Sequence record: NC_042116.1
Reading direction: 5' to 3' (one strand)
Length of the DNA stretch: 64,000 nucleotides
Shown: in pieces, positions 58,745-64,000 of the stretch
Numbering within the stretch: the stretch's first letter is position 1
Layout of the letters: each line of letters begins with the position of its first letter
The notes under the pieces: generated by a model
What the model was told of the DNA's origin: nothing
The model's input: only the letters and a program-made list of their open reading frames with translations
Database searches by the model: none
Program-made: the position numbers and the translations under genes

Positions 58745-59869
58745 ATGTCAAAATTGGATAAGTTTCTAAACGAATCATCTCTTTCTGACGAAGCTAAAAA
58801 GCTAATTCAGGAAGCATGGAATGAAGAAAAAGCTAATGTAGCTGCTGAAATGCGTGAAGAAATGAAAAGTCGTTACCAAGAAGACTTAGCACGTTTAACT
58901 GAAGGATTAGACAAAATGATGGCTGAAGTAATCAGCGAACAAATGTCTGATGTATATGCTGAAAAGCGTAAGTTAGTTGAAGACCGTGTTAAACTTCGTA
59001 AAACATTGGGTAATTTTTCAGATTTCGCAAACACAGTACTAGCTGAAGAAGTTAAATCAATGCGTCAAGAACGCACACATCTAAATGAAAGTCTTAATAA
59101 ATTCATGGGATTCAGTAATCATATCCTAGCAGAAGAACTTAAAGATTTCCATGAAGAAAAACGTCAACTAGTTGAATCTCGTGTAAAACTAATTGCAGAA
59201 GGAAGTAAGCAAATTGCGGAAGCACGTGCAAACTTCATTAAACGTACTGCTGAAAGTGCAGCAACATATATTGCTGAAACTACAGAACGAAATTTAACTG
59301 TACTTAAGGGTGAACTAGTCGAAGCTAAACAAAATATGTTTGGTCGTAAAATTTTTGAAGCTTTTGCTAATGAATTCTACAGTAAGCAATATAACGAAAG
59401 TTCTATTCTACGTGAATTAAATGAATCAATCAAGTCAAAAGAAAATGAAGTTATGGTTTCAAATGTTGCTTTAAAAGAAGCAAAAGATAAAGCAGATGCT
59501 GCTGAACGTAAAGTTCGAATCATGGAAGATAAACATGCACGAATTGCAATCATCGCTGAATTAACAAAACCACTTACTGCTCAACAAAAACAAATTATGG
59601 AATCATTACTTTCAGTAACTCCAACCGAGAAACTAAAAGAAGATTTCACTAAGTACCATAAGTCTGTACTTAAAGGTACTGTAAATGAATCTGCTGCAAA
59701 TCATAGCCGTCCAGCAGTTAATACTAAGGCTAAAAATACTTTGACGGAAAGTAAAATTGTTACTGGAAACCGTGAAAGTAATTTCATTAAAGACGCAGAA
59801 CTTGATGCTGAAGACTTGGATTTCTTAGATGAAATCTCACGTTATGCAGGAATTAAGAAAAAACGTTAA
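58745..59869 (+). CDS. gp22: Prohead scaffold (T4 gp22-like)
   Basis: Coiled-coil Glu/Lys/Ala-rich, between protease and capsid; FGRKIFEAF. Confidence 0.75.
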   Translation: MSKLDKFLNESSLSDEAKKLIQEAWNEEKANVAAEMREEMKSRYQEDLARLTEGLDKMMAEVISEQMSDVYAEKRKLVEDRVKLRKTLGNFSDFANTVLAEEVKSMRQERTHLNESLNKFMGFSNHILAEELKDFHEEKRQLVESRVKLIAEGSKQIAEARANFIKRTAESAATYIAETTERNLTVLKGELVEAKQNMFGRKIFEAFANEFYSKQYNESSILRELNESIKSKENEVMVSNVALKEAKDKADAAERKVRIMEDKHARIAIIAELTKPLTAQQKQIMESLLSVTPTEKLKEDFTKYHKSVLKGTVNESAANHSRPAVNTKAKNTLTESKIVTGNRESNFIKDAELDAEDLDFLDEISRYAGIKKKR

Positions 59870-59946
59870 TTATTAAATGCTAATTTTTCTGTAAGATAAA
59901 TAAAAGCATACAGAAAAGCAAAAAATATCTTTTTAAGGAGATTATA

Positions 59947-61122
59947 ATGTCACAACTATTAACTGAATCTAAATGGGCTGCTGTAAAGGATAAGCTTGTT
60001 GAAGGTCTAAATGGTAATCGTAAAACTGTAATGGAAGCAGTTCTAGATAACCAACGTAAAGTAATGTTACGTGAAAGTGCAACTGCTGGTGCAACATCTG
60101 CTGGTAACATTGCAACACTAAACAAAGTAATTCTTCCAATTATTCGTCGTGTTATGCCAACCGTTATTGCTAACGAAATCATTGGTGTTCAACCTATGAC
60201 TGGTCCAGTTGGACAAATTCATACACTACGTGTACAATATGCTGATAATGCTCCAGGTGTTATTGCTGGTGAAGAAGCTCTATCTCCATACAAGATTGCA
60301 AAATCTTATACTGGTGAGATTAATTCTGATAATACCGCACCACGTGCCGCTCCAACTTCTCAACTAGAAGGTGTAATGGGTCGTCGTGTTAACATCCGTA
60401 TTCTACGTGAAACCGTAGAAGCACAATCTCGTCGTCTATCTGCTCGTTGGACTGTTGAATCTGCACAAGATGCTCAAGCACAACACGGTATTGATGTAGA
60501 AGCTGAATTGATGGCTGCTATTGCACAAGAAATTACTACTGAAATTGACCAAGAACTATTAGCTCGTCTACGTGCACTTCCAGGTGCGGCTGCTGTTGTT
60601 TATGACCAATCTAAAGTAACTGGTGTTGCTACCTTCGTAGGTGACGAACATGCTGCTTTGGCAACTCTAATCAACCGTCAAGCAAACGAAGTTGCTCGTC
60701 GTACCAAACGTGGTGCAGCGAATTGGGCTGTTGTTTCACCAACTGCTCTAACCATTCTACAGTCTGCAACTACTTCTAGTTTTGCACGTACTACTGAAGG
60801 GACTTTCGAAGCTCCAACTAACGTTAAATTCGTTGGTGTATTGAACTCAACTATGCGTGTATATGTAGATACCTATGCTGATGACAGTACTGATGTACTA
60901 ATCGGTTATAAAGGTAACCAAGAAACTGATGCTGGTGCATTCTATTGCCCATACATCCCATTGATGGCTTCTGGTACTGTAATGGACCCTAACACTGGTG
61001 AGCTAGTAACTAGCTTCTTAACTCGTTATGGTTATGTACAGTTAACAGATAGTACTTCATCTCTAGGTAACGCTGCTGACTACTACAGCAAAATTGCTAT
61101 CCGCAACGTAACCTTCATGTAA
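59947..61122 (+). CDS. gp23: Major capsid protein (T4 gp23-like)
   Basis: IGVQPMTGPVGQIHTLR, AQHGIDVEAEL, EITTEIDQE, FYCPYIPL, TRYG; late-like GATAAATA at 59895-59902. Confidence 0.96.
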   Translation: MSQLLTESKWAAVKDKLVEGLNGNRKTVMEAVLDNQRKVMLRESATAGATSAGNIATLNKVILPIIRRVMPTVIANEIIGVQPMTGPVGQIHTLRVQYADNAPGVIAGEEALSPYKIAKSYTGEINSDNTAPRAAPTSQLEGVMGRRVNIRILRETVEAQSRRLSARWTVESAQDAQAQHGIDVEAELMAAIAQEITTEIDQELLARLRALPGAAAVVYDQSKVTGVATFVGDEHAALATLINRQANEVARRTKRGAANWAVVSPTALTILQSATTSSFARTTEGTFEAPTNVKFVGVLNSTMRVYVDTYADDSTDVLIGYKGNQETDAGAFYCPYIPLMASGTVMDPNTGELVTSFLTRYGYVQLTDSTSSLGNAADYYSKIAIRNVTFM

Positions 61123-61166
61123 TTGAAGACCTATTTTAGATTAATTAATCTGAAAGTTAATAAAAG

Positions 61167-61190
61167 AAAAGGACGCTTAGGCGTCCTTTT
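61167..61190 (+). terminator. Terminator after the capsid gene
   Basis: AAAAGGACGC-TTAG-GCGTCCTTTT. Confidence 0.85.
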
Positions 61191-61229
61191 CGCATTTCTA
61201 ATATCTATAAAGTAAATATCAAAGTAGAA

Positions 61230-61258
61230 TGGAACGTTTTATATAATTATGGTATAAT
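61230..61258 (+). promoter_or_regulatory. Hybrid promoter E (TGGAAC-N17-TATAAT)
   Basis: TGGAAC 61230-61235, TGG-TATAAT 61250-61258. Confidence 0.8.
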
Positions 61259-61273
61259 CATGGAGATTAAAGT

Positions 61274-61705
61274 ATGATAATTAAACCAAATGCAACCGTT
61301 GTGGTTTATACTAACACACAACAAAAGTACTTACCAAGTGTTTATAGTAAATTTGAAGGATTAGTACAAGAATATAAGATTGTTGCTTATATAGAAGAAT
61401 TAGGAGTGCTATGTTATGGTAATGATACCTATTTTTATGATATGAATCGATATGTAAATGATATTATGAGCACTGATTTCATTGAAATGACTTATAACCA
61501 GTATATTATTGGTCATAATGAAAAACTAGTTCGTGAAAACCCTGATGCCCCTATGTTGAATTCAATGCCACCTATGATGCAAGGTGTACAAATGAATGAA
61601 CACGGCACAAATGCACCTATTTTGCGTGAAATTATTCATAATAACAATCCAGTACTAACAAATTTAAGCAATCGAGGTGTAAAAGTGCAGATTTTGAAAG
61701 GATAA
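61274..61705 (+). CDS. Hypothetical protein
   Basis: 143-aa ORF with GGAG RBS directly after promoter E. Confidence 0.7.
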   Translation: MIIKPNATVVVYTNTQQKYLPSVYSKFEGLVQEYKIVAYIEELGVLCYGNDTYFYDMNRYVNDIMSTDFIEMTYNQYIIGHNEKLVRENPDAPMLNSMPPMMQGVQMNEHGTNAPILREIIHNNNPVLTNLSNRGVKVQILKG

Positions 61706-61732
61706 ATACCCCACTTAATAAAGGGGTGATGT

Positions 61733-62044
61733 ATGTCTAAACAAATTTGCTATGTAATAATTAATCCAGCATGGCCTGAATGGGTTAAAATCGGTTTTAC
61801 ATCTAAAGAAGAAATGAAAACACGATTAAGTACCTATCAAACCGGTTCTCCGTTTAGAGATTATGAAGTTTATCATGAAGTTTATTTTGATGATGCTAAA
61901 GCAGCCGAAAAAGAAGTTAATAAGCGTTTAAAACAAATGAACGCAACACAAGGTACTGGAAAAGAATGGTATAAAATGCCTAAATCAATCGCATCCAATA
62001 TGATTGATTCAGTACTAGATGATTTAGAAGAAGGTTCGCTATAA
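61733..62044 (+). CDS. T5orf172/MUG113-type GIY-YIG-family protein
   Basis: CYVIINPAWPEWVKIGFTS...RLSTYQTGSP...AEKEVNKRL; late-like GATAAATA at 61701-61708. Confidence 0.8.
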   Translation: MSKQICYVIINPAWPEWVKIGFTSKEEMKTRLSTYQTGSPFRDYEVYHEVYFDDAKAAEKEVNKRLKQMNATQGTGKEWYKMPKSIASNMIDSVLDDLEEGSL

Positions 62045-62046
62045 TA

Positions 62047-62054
62047 TATAAATA
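62047..62054 (+). promoter_or_regulatory. T4-late promoter TATAAATA (perfect)
   Basis: Upstream of the S74 fibre gene. Confidence 0.7.
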
Positions 62055-62088
62055 TCTCTATAATATATAAACTTGAGGACTGATTTAT

Positions 62089-63723
62089 ATGAGTATAAGA
62101 TTTAATCATGCCAGTAATACTGTTACTGGTACAGATGTAATAACTTTAGTTGTTGAAGGAGGTTCACCAAGTTCTCCACGACCACTTAGAATTAATTCAT
62201 CATCTGTGGTAATGCCAAATAAACAATTACCAGTTGGTGAATCTGGTGCTGTTGTTTTTGACATGAATTCAAAGACGTTAAAATATCATAATGGTATACA
62301 ATGGGTAGAACTTTTATCACAAGATGATATACTTGCACCTATACAGATATCATTAACTGATATTTACAACCAATTAGCTAACCGTGTAAGTACTGTAACT
62401 TATAGTACTAGTAATATACCAACTGCATCCGTAATTGGAACAAACTTAAATATTGTATTCCCAACTTCTGGTGGTGGCGGTAGCACCGCAATTCCTGGAT
62501 TGTTTACATCTTCACCTCCAGGAAGTATAATGCAATATTCATTAATTTCTGGACAAAGTGTTTCATCAATTCGTGAACAACTTAGTGGTGAATCTGGTGG
62601 TCAAGCTGGTCGTGACGGAAGTTCATCTTCACCTTTTGTAACAAAAACTGGTTGGTGTTTTGGTGATGGGTTGTATTGGACATGGAATGGTGAAGGTGGA
62701 TCTATAACAAAATTAGTTCCTAATTTAAACCAAAATGCATATCTTAAAGGAATTACAACAACTGGAATTACAAAAACTGATGCAACTATAGCAGGTTCTG
62801 GTAGTATAAGTTCAACTTCAATAACTGCACCACAACATTATCATGGGACTGGTATGATGTTGGGGTTATCTGGTCAAGTTGCTGATGATGCTATGTTCAT
62901 AAGTAATAGAGTATGGAATGATGGAATTCAATACCAAGGTGTTCAAATAACAGGTGATGTTCAAAGTAGAGTTGTAGGAAATGTAAATGGTTCGGATTCA
63001 AGAACAGCATTAAGTACCACATTGGCTATATATACAGGTTCTGACACAACATCCCATACACATACATTAACTAACAACGATGTTGCACATTTTAATGTTG
63101 CAATGGTATATAATATTGCTGAACCAAGTTTAGCACTTAATCAAACTGCTGGTGATGCTAGATATGTACTTAAAGCTGGTGATATAATGACAGGTTCATT
63201 AACTATTGCTAACTCTGCAACAATATCTACCAATGATACTAGTAATATATTATGGTTTAGAAACGCAGCAGGTCTAGAACGTGCGGCTATATATCATAAT
63301 TCAACAACTAATACACTTAGATTAAGAAGTAATGGTGGTAATGAAGTTACTATTAATCAGGTAGGAAATTTAACTGCACCTACCTTGACAGTAACTGGTG
63401 TTGCAGCAACAGGGCCATTAACCGTAACTGGTAGAATAGTAGCATCTGACGATATATGGGCGTTTTCTGATATTAGATTGAAAGAAAATATGATTCCAAT
63501 TGATAGTGCACTTGATAAATTGGAAAAAATTACTGGATATATTGGTAATATGATAGGTGAAGATACTAAACGTTCTATGGTAAGTGCACAAGAACTTCAA
63601 CAAGTATTACCTGAAGCGGTAAGTACTAAAGATGAGTATTTGACAGTTAACTATTCTGCTATTATACCTCTATTAATTCAAAGTATTAACGAATTAAGAG
63701 AAGAAGTAAGGAGTAAAAAATAA
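62089..63723 (+). CDS. Tail fibre with C-terminal intramolecular chaperone (peptidase S74)
   Basis: AFSDIRLKEN...ALDKL...SAQELQQVLPEAV...VNYSAIIPLLIQSINEL. Confidence 0.85.
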   Translation: MSIRFNHASNTVTGTDVITLVVEGGSPSSPRPLRINSSSVVMPNKQLPVGESGAVVFDMNSKTLKYHNGIQWVELLSQDDILAPIQISLTDIYNQLANRVSTVTYSTSNIPTASVIGTNLNIVFPTSGGGGSTAIPGLFTSSPPGSIMQYSLISGQSVSSIREQLSGESGGQAGRDGSSSSPFVTKTGWCFGDGLYWTWNGEGGSITKLVPNLNQNAYLKGITTTGITKTDATIAGSGSISSTSITAPQHYHGTGMMLGLSGQVADDAMFISNRVWNDGIQYQGVQITGDVQSRVVGNVNGSDSRTALSTTLAIYTGSDTTSHTHTLTNNDVAHFNVAMVYNIAEPSLALNQTAGDARYVLKAGDIMTGSLTIANSATISTNDTSNILWFRNAAGLERAAIYHNSTTNTLRLRSNGGNEVTINQVGNLTAPTLTVTGVAATGPLTVTGRIVASDDIWAFSDIRLKENMIPIDSALDKLEKITGYIGNMIGEDTKRSMVSAQELQQVLPEAVSTKDEYLTVNYSAIIPLLIQSINELREEVRSKK

Positions 63724-64000
63724 TGGCAATACCTTGTACTGGCACAATAAAAGCTTCTGATATAAATGTCGAGTTGGGACGTCCAACAAATGGTACATTT
63801 AAAATTGGAAGTCCAGATGAACGTGCATTAGCAGGTAAACCATCTGGTTTAATTAAATTTAGTGATTTTTATTGTAAATCTGCCGCAGATCCATTACCTT
63901 GGAATGCATTCTCTTTACAAACAATTGGTGGTCGCCCTATTAGTGGTGGTGTAGCACAATTATGGAACATTGATGGTAGTACTATTGGTATATGGGGTGG
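63723..64000 (+). CDS. Partial ORF, probable fibre tip/adhesin partner (runs off the window)
   Basis: TAATG overlap; MAIPCTGTIKASDINVELG...GLIKFSDFYCKS, a motif that often follows S74 fibres. Confidence 0.6.
   Translation, partial: MAIPCTGTIKASDINVELGRPTNGTFKIGSPDERALAGKPSGLIKFSDFYCKSAADPLPWNAFSLQTIGGRPISGGVAQLWNIDGSTIGIWG

Noticed and set aside
22529-61122. Inteins or introns in ClpA, gp46, portal or capsid genes
   Set aside because: Lengths and motif spacing are normal; no C...HN-C/S/T splice junctions or LAGLIDADG blocks noticed.
1-64000. tRNA, rRNA, tmRNA or CRISPR array
   Set aside because: No cloverleaf with T-loop GTTCRA and CCA end, and no regularly spaced repeats with unique spacers. 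The repeats found are in-frame coding duplications.
1-64000. Stop-codon reassignment
   Set aside because: Standard-code ORFs tile the window densely and conserved proteins are full length.

Overview
AT-rich (about 31-33% GC by eye) dsDNA phage DNA: the virion morphogenesis region of a large T4-related myovirus, probably a jumbo phage. Family-level placement is inference and was not searched. It carries a T4-like head module (portal, prohead protease, scaffold, major capsid), neck and tail-completion proteins, a baseplate module (gp5/gp6/gp25/gp26/gp51/gp53-like, tape measure) and several fibre genes. Non-structural genes are a gp55-like late sigma, gp47/gp46 (Mre11/Rad50), endonuclease VII, thymidylate synthase, ClpA, a MoxR/VWA pair, Nudix, a DNA methyltransferase and two free-standing endonucleases. 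Two promoter classes can be read from the sequence: T4-late-like NATAAATA before structural genes, and a five-copy hybrid motif TGGAAC-N17-TATAAT (always with an extended TGn) before non-structural genes. The most unusual signals are: (1) that hybrid promoter class; (2) a ~650-bp ORF-free, hairpin-dense unit at 50262-50930 with its own promoter; (3) a probable programmed -1 frameshift fusing the gp26-like and gp51-like ORFs; (4) ~5-fold over-representation of the palindrome AGTACT; (5) a gp5 spike carrying an apparently dead M23 domain plus a recently duplicated lysozyme. No tRNA, rRNA or CRISPR array was seen. Product names come from motif recognition by eye, not from database searches. Several starts were moved to downstream ATGs that have a ribosome-binding site.
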